A DNA stretch of 63,719 bases, filler included, from Candidatus Woesearchaeota archaeon (lineage in GTDB: Archaea; Nanobdellota; Nanobdellia; Woesearchaeales; J072), in the NCBI GenBank assembly GCA_003695265.1. It is 4 parts of 4 records of this genome, joined end to end, with 100 filler letters (N's around TTAATTAATTAA, not from the genome) between each part and the next. Parts side by side here need not be neighbours in the genome. Positions count along the whole stretch, not along the records: positions 51,833 to 63,719 come from RFII01000096.1; 3 more parts are not named here. The stretch is one strand, 5' to 3'. The notes under the pieces are model-generated. The model saw only the letters and a program-made list of their open reading frames with translations. It searched no databases and was not told the DNA's origin. Positions 56,749-63,719 of the stretch are shown piece after piece. A program made the translations under genes and the position numbers. How positions within the stretch are numbered: position 1 is the first letter of the stretch; each line of letters opens with the position of its first letter.

Positions 56749-57629
56749 TAGCGAACCACCCTTTTTTTTCTTTCTCTGAAGAATTTTCTTAAAGGTAGCT
56801 CGTAAGGCTCGTCTGTGCTTATGCTTATAGCATCAATCTTGTGTTTTTTAAAGTTAGAGTAAAGCTTTTTCTCTTCTTCTCTCATTATCTTCTCATAATT
56901 CCTTCTGAACTCTTCATCAGAGGTGTCTACTAGCAATTGCTCGCCTGTCTCCTCATCCTCCAGCTGGATTAAGCCGATGTCTGGAATGCTGCTTTCTCTG
57001 TCATCCCTCACTTTGATTGCAATAACATCATGCCTTCTCCTAAGCAGGTTTAACTGCTTTAAAAATCCGGCATCGTAAAAATCAGATATTATGAATACTA
57101 TGCTTCTTTTTTTCAAAACGTTTAGGATGTAATTAAGCGAATCCTTCAGGTTTGTTTTTCTTGATTCAGGCTTGTAAGAAACCAAGGTGCTGAGTATTTT
57201 CAAAACATGCCTTCTTCCTTTCCTTGCCGGGACATACTTTTCAATTTTGTCTGTGAAAATAAACAGCCCGACATTGTCATTGTTTCTCATTGCAGAGAAC
57301 ATCAGGGTTGCTGTAAGCTCAACTGCTTTTCTCCTCTTTTCAATAATGTTTCCGAAGCTTCCGGAAGCAGAGTAGTCAAACGCGAAGTAAACCCTTAAGT
57401 CGCGCTCCTCAATGAACTCCTTTATAAAGGGACGGTTAAACCTGGCAGTGACTTTCCAGTCTATTGCGCGAATATCGTCTCCTGGCCTGTAATCCCTTAT
57501 TTCAGAGAACTCAATCCCCTGTCCTTTGAATATTGAATGGTAGTTTCCAGCAATTATTCCGTCCACTAAGTGTTTTGTCGCAATCTCGATTTTTTTTACT
57601 TGTTTGATAATCTCTTTTGTCTCTTGCAT
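56748..57629 (-). CDS. DUF58 family protein
   Basis: G.GIEFSEIRDY.PGDDIR.IDW.VTAR, EERD, D.SAS, ISDF. Confidence 0.93.
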   Translation of the reverse strand: MQETKEIIKQVKKIEIATKHLVDGIIAGNYHSIFKGQGIEFSEIRDYRPGDDIRAIDWKVTARFNRPFIKEFIEERDLRVYFAFDYSASGSFGNIIEKRRKAVELTATLMFSAMRNNDNVGLFIFTDKIEKYVPARKGRRHVLKILSTLVSYKPESRKTNLKDSLNYILNVLKKRSIVFIISDFYDAGFLKQLNLLRRRHDVIAIKVRDDRESSIPDIGLIQLEDEETGEQLLVDTSDEEFRRNYEKIMREEEKKLYSNFKKHKIDAISISTDEPYELPLRKFFRERKKRVVR

Positions 57630-57633
57630 TTTC

Positions 57634-58446
57634 TTATTCAAGCATATAATCAGCTGCCTCTTCTATTGTTGAGACTTCCTTAACCTCAATCCCCCATTCT
57701 TTTTTTGCTTCCTCGCTTATGTCAATAACTCTTGGCACGTAGCGCGTATTAAACAACGAAAAGCCAAAGCCGAAAGGCTCTTCCTCAACAACCCTTTCAT
57801 AATACCTCACTTTTGTCTGCCCTTCTGGAACAAGAAATGTTTTGTAGCCGGCGTCAGCTGCTGCTTTTACCTTTTCAAGAATCCCGCCGACTCTGCCTAT
57901 GCTTCCGTCATGGTTTATTGTGCCTGTAATTGCTATGCCTTTTTTTATGTCTTTGTTTTCTAAAGCAGCTATTGTTGCTATGGCAGTTGCTGCTCCGGCA
58001 GATTCGCCTCCAATAACTGAGCCGTTTATGTCGTATGTGAGTATGAAATCCTTGTTTCCTGCGTAGTTGTTGCTCCTGAGCTTTGCAACAGTGACTGCTA
58101 TGTTTGCTGAATACTGCAGGTCGGTTTCCAGGAACGGGTTTGTGTCTATAAGCACGTTCGCGTTTCCAGGGATGAGCTTTACTGTAAGCCTTCCAACAGT
58201 TCCTTCCCCGCTTAAGCTGCTGACAGCAACTATTGGTACTGTTTTTGAAATAATATCATTCTTTTCAAAACCCATTTGAGTTGCTTGCAACTCGTTGTTT
58301 TGGCTGTCTTTTTCCTGTATTGCTTCACATTTCAGATTCAGGCCATTGCCAAACAGCATAATGTTGGCATAGAATGCACTGGCAAAAACCAATCCTGCTA
58401 CAAAGCAAATCATTCCTATAAAAACGTTTTTTTTACCCATCTTCAT
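57634..58446 (-). CDS. Membrane-anchored Lon-like (S16) serine protease domain protein
   Basis: N-terminal TM; GESAG catalytic Ser, ITGTI..DG.IG.VGG..EK..AA Lys dyad; no ATPase domain. Confidence 0.88.
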   Translation of the reverse strand: MKMGKKNVFIGMICFVAGLVFASAFYANIMLFGNGLNLKCEAIQEKDSQNNELQATQMGFEKNDIISKTVPIVAVSSLSGEGTVGRLTVKLIPGNANVLIDTNPFLETDLQYSANIAVTVAKLRSNNYAGNKDFILTYDINGSVIGGESAGAATAIATIAALENKDIKKGIAITGTINHDGSIGRVGGILEKVKAAADAGYKTFLVPEGQTKVRYYERVVEEEPFGFGFSLFNTRYVPRVIDISEEAKKEWGIEVKEVSTIEEAADYMLE

Positions 58447-59429
58447 GGAACTTTAATCTTTTCAAGAATTTTTGCGATGATCTCATCGCTTGTCTTCTGC
58501 TCAGCTTCAGCCTCGTAAGTGAGGATTATTCTGTGCCTCAGAACATCATAAGCTATTGCTTTCACGTCTTCTGGCTTTACATAGCCTCTGCCGTTCATCA
58601 TTGCATGAGCCTTAGCTGCCAAAACAAGCCACAAGGAGGCTCTTGGGGAAGCGCCGTACTCTATGTGACCATTAATGTCAAGCCCGTATTTTTCCGGATG
58701 CCTAGTAGCATCAACTATCTCTGCTACGTACTCCTTTATTTTTTGGTCGGCGTAAATCTTCTGGTTGAATTCCTGCATCTCAACTATTTTAGAAGTGTTA
58801 ATCATCTTAGATGCCTTCACGCTTGCTCCTTCTGTAAACCTGTTCATTATTTCGATTTCCTCATCTTTTTCAGGGTATCCTATGAGCAGCTTGAACATGA
58901 ACCTGTCAACCTGCGCTTCTGGTAGCTTGTAAGTTCCTTCAGATTCTATTGGGTTCTGCGTTGCAAGCACAAAGAACGGCTTGGCAAGCTCGTGGGTGTC
59001 GCCTTGGATGCTGACCTGCTTTTCCTGCATTGCCTCTAACAGCGCTGACTGCACTTTTGGCGGGGCCCTGTTAATCTCGTCTGCTAGGACAAAATTTGTG
59101 AATATCGGCCCTTTCAAAGTCTTGAATGATGTTGTTTTGTGGTCATAAATTTTTGTTCCTGTAATGTCTGCGGGAAGAAGGTCTGGCGTGAACTGTATTC
59201 TCACAAAGCCTGCGCTGATGCTGTCAGCTAAAGTCTTTATCATAAGTGTCTTGGCAAGGCCGGGCACGCCTTCCAGCAGGATGTGGCCGTTCGAAATAAG
59301 CGCTATTAAAAGCTTTTTTATTGAGTCTTCCTGGCCTACTATGACTTTGCTTACTTCTGCCTGCAGCTTGTCAAGCTCTTTCGCGTATTTCTCAGCTTTT
59401 GAATTAAGCCTTTTTATCTCCTCATTCAT
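58443..59429 (-). CDS. moxR: MoxR AAA+ ATPase
   Basis: LEGVPGLAKT, RIQFTPDLLPAD, DEINRAPPKVQSALLEAMQE, ATQNPIE.EGTY.LPEAQ.DRF. Track start 59453. Confidence 0.96.
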   Translation of the reverse strand: MNEEIKRLNSKAEKYAKELDKLQAEVSKVIVGQEDSIKKLLIALISNGHILLEGVPGLAKTLMIKTLADSISAGFVRIQFTPDLLPADITGTKIYDHKTTSFKTLKGPIFTNFVLADEINRAPPKVQSALLEAMQEKQVSIQGDTHELAKPFFVLATQNPIESEGTYKLPEAQVDRFMFKLLIGYPEKDEEIEIMNRFTEGASVKASKMINTSKIVEMQEFNQKIYADQKIKEYVAEIVDATRHPEKYGLDINGHIEYGASPRASLWLVLAAKAHAMMNGRGYVKPEDVKAIAYDVLRHRIILTYEAEAEQKTSDEIIAKILEKIKVP

Positions 59430-59442
59430 TACCATCACCTTT

Positions 59443-59715
59443 TCACAAGCCAAACGTTTTCTCGAACTCTTTCATCTGCCTTATGGTTTTAACAAACTTC
59501 ATTCCTGTTTCAGTGATTGTGATATACTCATAATTGTTATCTTTTATTTTTTTAACAAAATTTTTTTCAACCAATTCCTCAAGGTATGTCTTCATCTGCT
59601 TATGCGCGAGATTTGCCTTGTACATTAAGTGGGTTGGTTTTATTCTTCCGCCCTTCTCTTGGATTGAAAGAAGCATGTCAAGGACGATATCACTTCTTTC
59701 CCTTTTTCTTGCCAT
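59443..59715 (-). CDS. Winged-helix transcriptional regulator (archaeal HTH_45-like)
   Basis: R.R.DI..D.L, KPTHLMYKANL, YL.EL, ITETG. Confidence 0.88.
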   Translation of the reverse strand: MARKRERSDIVLDMLLSIQEKGGRIKPTHLMYKANLAHKQMKTYLEELVEKNFVKKIKDNNYEYITITETGMKFVKTIRQMKEFEKTFGL

Positions 59716-60391
59716 CTTTGAGTACCTTTGTGAATGTTATGAGCAATCCTACATATCCTATGAGCTGTACAATCTCAGCAATTACGTAAAGCACAGCACT
59801 AATTTTTACGAAGATGAAGATGATGTTGCTCGCGGTTATTGTTGCAAAACTGTAGAAAAGCCACTTGTTCGTGCTGTGCTTTGTCTTCTTATAATTCTCC
59901 AGATATTTTGAGGTTATTATAACAAGCAATATCAAGGCTGTCAGGTGAAAAATGTAATAAGCTGACCTGCTGAAGTATGACAACGCTAAAATGAGGTATG
60001 CTGTTAGAATAATGTTTGCCTTGCTCTGCTTAATATATATTGAGCAAAGCATGTAAAGGCCGAGCAGCATGAGAATCCTGTAGCCTAGGAAGCCTGCAAA
60101 AAACAGGATGTTTGATGGTTGCGTTGAAAAATATGTTAATCTTACAAATCCAATCTGTTTTGTTTCAAGAACATGGTAATATATTGTGAAGTTTGTTATT
60201 ATCTTGAACATGAATGACAAAGCCATCATTATAAAAGATGAGGCTAGAAAAATGTATTTCTTGTTCTTCCTGTTGAGCCTGTAATACTTTATGCTGAAGA
60301 ATGCTATCAAGGACAGTACGAAAATGCTGATCAGGTCTATGGCTATGTCTTTTCCGTAAAACCATCTAGGACTGTAAACTAGTTCTATCAT
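59690..60391 (-). CDS. Multi-pass membrane protein (possible sensor)
   Basis: About seven hydrophobic helices; overlaps the wHTH gene. Track start 60442. Confidence 0.7.
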   Translation of the reverse strand: MIELVYSPRWFYGKDIAIDLISIFVLSLIAFFSIKYYRLNRKNKKYIFLASSFIMMALSFMFKIITNFTIYYHVLETKQIGFVRLTYFSTQPSNILFFAGFLGYRILMLLGLYMLCSIYIKQSKANIILTAYLILALSYFSRSAYYIFHLTALILLVIITSKYLENYKKTKHSTNKWLFYSFATITASNIIFIFVKISAVLYVIAEIVQLIGYVGLLITFTKVLKDGKKKGKK

Positions 60392-60666
60392 GTGTTGAGA
60401 GATAAAAAATTTATTTAAAAAACTTATGAAAGATTCCCTCATAAGTTTCTTCTATAATTTGCTTTCACATCTTATTAATAATATACTTCCTTTCTGGCTT
60501 TGTATGACTTGCAACTGGAGGTGATATTATGGAATCACAACATATTTTTTTTGTCTCTTGGCTCTCTCTTCTTCAGGACAAAAGAAAAAAAGCTCAACAC
60601 TGGATAAACCAATCCAAGGGTTGTAATTCTGCCTGATTCTTAATCTTTCATGTTTTTTTCAAAACA

Positions 60667-60691
60667 TTTATATATTAGTAATGATTTACTA
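60667..60691 (+). promoter_or_regulatory. TATA box plus inverted repeat TAGTAA-N4-TTACTA (candidate Fur/PerR operator)
   Basis: TTTATATA at 60667 immediately followed by a palindrome at 60676-60691, upstream of the fur/perR gene. Confidence 0.5.
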
Positions 60692-60720
60692 TTAAGAATA
60701 ATTATCAATAAGGTGTTTTT

Positions 60721-61113
60721 ATGCTTGGGACAAGAACAACCTGCCAGAGAATAAAAATCCTTGATTATTTAAAAAGCGTTAAAACGCACCCAACAGCTGA
60801 AGAAATTTACAAAGCAGTGAGAAAAGATCTGCCTGCAATAAGCCTCGCAACAGTTTACAGAAACCTAAACCTTCTGGTAGACCAAGGCATTATCTTCAAG
60901 CTAATGGTAAAAAACGAAGCTCATTTTGATGCTGGAAAATGCAGCCACCAGCACTTCATATGCAGGAACTGCGGAGAAATAATTGACATACATAACAAAA
61001 AAATAACTAATTACGCATTAAAAAAAGTTGCTTCTCCAGAACTGAAGCCGGACTGCGTGAAAATTATTTATGAAGGGCTGTGCAAACACTGCGAGAGAGG
61101 TGATAAAAAATGA
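60721..61113 (+). CDS. Fur/PerR family transcriptional repressor
   Basis: T.QR..IL, HPTAEEIY, ISLATVYRNL, H.HFIC..CG, C..C. Confidence 0.93.
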   Translation: MLGTRTTCQRIKILDYLKSVKTHPTAEEIYKAVRKDLPAISLATVYRNLNLLVDQGIIFKLMVKNEAHFDAGKCSHQHFICRNCGEIIDIHNKKITNYALKKVASPELKPDCVKIIYEGLCKHCERGDKK

Positions 61114-61241
61114 CCAAGCCAGTGGTTTGCCACAAAGGCAAATGCGAGTATGAAGACAAAGAATTCATTGATGATTGCTATAACTGCAATGACGTTCAAG
61201 AAGTCGAAAATGTGATTAGAAAAAACAATTTAAAAAAATAA
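61110..61241 (+). CDS. Small Cys-rich protein, 43 aa (not in ORF track)
   Basis: MTKPVVCHKGKCEYEDKEFIDDCYNCNDVQEVENVIRKNNLKK; GAGGTGA SD upstream; ATGA overlap with the fur stop. Confidence 0.6.
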   Translation: MTKPVVCHKGKCEYEDKEFIDDCYNCNDVQEVENVIRKNNLKK

Positions 61242-61254
61242 GGAGGTGCTTAAA

Positions 61255-61317
61255 ATGGGTTGTGGTTGCGGATCAATGTCCACTAAGAAAAAAACAACTA
61301 AGAAAAAGAAAAAATAA
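61255..61317 (+). CDS. Micro-ORF, 20 aa, MGCGC + poly-Lys (not in ORF track)
   Basis: MGCGCGSMSTKKKTTKKKKK preceded by a strong AGGAGGTG SD at normal spacing. Confidence 0.5.
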   Translation: MGCGCGSMSTKKKTTKKKKK

Positions 61318-61395
61318 TTTTTTTACTTTTTTTACTTTTTATTCACATTTTTCAAGCTTAACGTTCAATAAATAAAATCGTTGGAGGTTTAAAAA

Positions 61396-61959
61396 ATGGT
61401 AAACATAAATGAGAAAGCGCCTGAATTCACTGAAGACGCATTTGTTGATGGAGAAATCAAAAAAATAAGTCTTTCCGACTACAAGGGGAAATGGGTCGTG
61501 CTTTTCTTCTACCCTGCAGACTTCACTTTTGTGTGCCCAACTGAGTTAGGAGAATTGGCTGATCATTACGAGGAGTTCAAAAAGCTCGGCGCAGAAATTA
61601 TTAGTGTTAGCACAGACACAGCCTTTGTTCATAAGGCATGGCATGACAACTCTGAAACAATAAAAAAGATAAAGTTTCCAATGCTTGCGGATCCTGCGAG
61701 AAGGGTTTGCAGGGCTTACTGGACTTTGATTGAAGATGAAGGAGTTTCTTTAAGGGCGACGTACCTAATAGACCCTGAAGGAATTATAAAGGCCTTTGAG
61801 TTTCACAACAACGATATTGGAAGAAGCGTTAATGAACTGCTAAGAAAGCTTGAAGCAGCAATTTATGTTAGCAAGCACAAGGGAGAAGTTTGCCCAATGG
61901 ACTGGAAGCCTGGCGAAAAAACATTAAAGCCGGGCCTTGATTTAGTTGGAAAAATATGA
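61396..61959 (+). CDS. ahpC: 2-Cys peroxiredoxin AhpC
   Basis: FYPADFTFVCPTE, GEVCP..W.PG. Confidence 0.96.
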   Translation: MVNINEKAPEFTEDAFVDGEIKKISLSDYKGKWVVLFFYPADFTFVCPTELGELADHYEEFKKLGAEIISVSTDTAFVHKAWHDNSETIKKIKFPMLADPARRVCRAYWTLIEDEGVSLRATYLIDPEGIIKAFEFHNNDIGRSVNELLRKLEAAIYVSKHKGEVCPMDWKPGEKTLKPGLDLVGKI

Positions 61960-61977
61960 ACAAAGAGGTGGTTTTCA

Positions 61978-62496
61978 ATGAGCTTAACAAAAACAATGGA
62001 AGCAGCGCTGAACAAACAAGTAAATGCTGAGCTCTACTCAGCTTACCTTTACTTGTCAATGTCAGCTGACTTTGAGGCTAAAAACCTTAAAGGCTTTGCC
62101 AACTGGATGTTCGTGCAGGCCCAAGAGGAAATGACTCATGTCATGAAAATATACAGGCACATTCTTGATCGCGGCGGAAAAGTCGTTCTTGACAAAGTTG
62201 CAAAACCAAAGACAACGTGGAAAACTCCTTTAGATGCTTTTCAAGACGCGTACAAGCATGAGAAAGAAATAACTGCAATGATAAACAACCTTGTCAGGCT
62301 TGCAAAAAAGCAGAACGACCACGCAACAGAAAGCATGCTCCAATGGTTCGTTGACGAGCAGGTCGAGGAAGAGGCGAACACTGATGAGATAGTGCAAAAG
62401 CTTAAAATGGTGAAAAATTCAGGAGAAGGCATTCTAATTATAGACAAAGAGCTCTCCCAAAGGGTTTTTGTCGACAATACAAAGGCAGCGCAATGA
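61978..62496 (+). CDS. ftnA: Ferritin
   Basis: LN.Q.N.E.YS...Y, QAQEE..H, HE..IT, WFV.EQ.EEE. Confidence 0.94.
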   Translation: MSLTKTMEAALNKQVNAELYSAYLYLSMSADFEAKNLKGFANWMFVQAQEEMTHVMKIYRHILDRGGKVVLDKVAKPKTTWKTPLDAFQDAYKHEKEITAMINNLVRLAKKQNDHATESMLQWFVDEQVEEEANTDEIVQKLKMVKNSGEGILIIDKELSQRVFVDNTKAAQ

Positions 62497-63083
62497 TAAT
62501 TAACAATAGAAAGCCGGAATTTGAATGCAACGAGATTTTCCTTAAAAGGTGGTCTCCAAGGGCGATGAGCGGTGAGGAAATAAGCGATGAGGAGCTTATG
62601 ATCCTCTTTGAAGCTGCAAAGTGGGCCCCCTCCACATACAACGCTCAGCCCTGGAGATTCCTTTACGCCAAAAGAGGCTCTGAAGACTGGGAAAAATTCC
62701 TTGATTTGCTCGTCGAGCCGAATAGGGTGTGGTGCAAGAATGCAGCAGCCCTTGTTGTCATGATTTCAAAGAAGACTTTTGAGCACAACGGAAAGCCGGA
62801 CAGCACTAGCTCTCTCTGCTCCGGTTCTGCATGGCAGAATCTCGCTCTGCAGGCAACGATGAACGGTCTTGTTACGCACGGAATGGCCGGCTTCGATTAT
62901 GAGAGAGCAAGGAAAGCTCTGAAAATTCCTGAGGACTACAAGGTCGAGATGATGATCGCAATAGGCAGGCCTGGAAAGAAAGAAGACCTGCCTGAAAATT
63001 TGCAAGAAAAAGAGATTCCTTCAGGTCGCAAGAAACTGAAAGAAATCGTGATGAAAGGAGAATTCAAGGAATTGGAGGTGTGA
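62493..63083 (+). CDS. Nitroreductase family protein
   Basis: RWSPRA, EAA.WAPS..N.QPWRF, HGMAGFD. Confidence 0.93.
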   Translation: MIINNRKPEFECNEIFLKRWSPRAMSGEEISDEELMILFEAAKWAPSTYNAQPWRFLYAKRGSEDWEKFLDLLVEPNRVWCKNAAALVVMISKKTFEHNGKPDSTSSLCSGSAWQNLALQATMNGLVTHGMAGFDYERARKALKIPEDYKVEMMIAIGRPGKKEDLPENLQEKEIPSGRKKLKEIVMKGEFKELEV

Positions 63084-63085
63084 AA

Positions 63086-63691
63086 ATGGCTGAACTGCCA
63101 AAATTAGGATATGAGTATGATGCTTTAGAGCCGTACATAGACGCAAGGACTATGGAAATACACCATTCGAAGCATCACAAAGCCTATGTTGACAAGTACA
63201 ACGCAGCAATAAAAGGACACTCTGACTTAGAGGAAAAAGACGCAGAAGAGGTTATAGCTAACTTGAATGATGTTCCCGAGGAAATCAGAACAGCAGTCCG
63301 GAACAACGGCGGTGGAGTTGTTAACCACAGCTTTTTCTGGAAGATACTGAAAAAAGATGTCGAGCCGAAAGGGGAAATCATTGAAGCAATAAAAGAAGAA
63401 TTTGGAAGCTTTGAGAAATTCAAGGATGAGTTCTCAAATGCTGCTGCAACGCTTTTCGGAAGCGGATGGGCATGGCTAGTTCTTGACAACGGAAAATTAA
63501 AAGTGATTACAACAAAAAACCAGGACAGTCCCTTGACTATTGGCAAAATCCCTTTGATAGCCCTTGACGTTTGGGAGCACGCCTATTACCTAAAGTACCA
63601 GAACAGGCGACCCGAGTACATCGAGGCTTTTTTCAGCGTCATAAACTGGGACGTTGTCAATGATTTTTTCTTGAAAGCAAAGGAGGCGTGA
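63086..63691 (+). CDS. sod: Fe/Mn superoxide dismutase
   Basis: [38 protein letters not shown]. Confidence 0.96.
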   Translation: MAELPKLGYEYDALEPYIDARTMEIHHSKHHKAYVDKYNAAIKGHSDLEEKDAEEVIANLNDVPEEIRTAVRNNGGGVVNHSFFWKILKKDVEPKGEIIEAIKEEFGSFEKFKDEFSNAAATLFGSGWAWLVLDNGKLKVITTKNQDSPLTIGKIPLIALDVWEHAYYLKYQNRRPEYIEAFFSVINWDVVNDFFLKAKEA

Positions 63692-63694
63692 GAA

Positions 63695-63719
63695 ATGGCT
63701 GAGCAAGGAGGAATATACA
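63695..63719 (+). CDS. Start of next gene (truncated by window edge), possibly desulfoferrodoxin/rubredoxin-like
   Basis: GGAGG SD then MAEQGGIY...; too short to assign, the product is a guess from operon context. Confidence 0.3.

Noticed and set aside
1..63719. CRISPR array, rRNA, transposase or integrase genes
   Set aside because: No regularly spaced direct repeats, rRNA-like segments or recognisable transposase/integrase motifs seen.

Overview
Archaeal genome fragment, most consistent with a DPANN (Woesearchaeota-like) metagenome-assembled genome. This is inferred from the archaeal informational genes (rps8e, rpl37e, Sm, psmA, Hef, NAC, Sec61beta, ftsZ-secE-spt5), TATA-box promoters close to start codons, a split dph2 and many orphans. 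The window is four assembly pieces joined by artificial N + TTAATTAATTAA linkers (27802-27901, 47513-47612, 51733-51832), so adjacency across them is not evidence. It contains a group 3b-type [NiFe]-hydrogenase with hyp maturation genes, a bacterial-type acetyl-CoA carboxylase/birA operon, a membrane-anchored lytic-transglycosylase + degenerate M23 + TPR protein, a large beta-helix surface protein, a MoxR/DUF58/vWA operon and a Fur/PerR-led oxidative-stress operon with unannotated micro-ORFs. There are two double-intron tRNAs (Leu-TAG, Gly-CCC) and an RNase P RNA. The most striking signal is a ~90-110 nt structured element with covarying stems found three times: as BHB-flanked T-loop (59/60) introns in both tRNAs, and in the opposite orientation inside the P3 region of RNase P RNA. 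This suggests a small mobile element family that targets structured RNA genes. All calls come from reading the sequence and motifs by eye; no searches were run.
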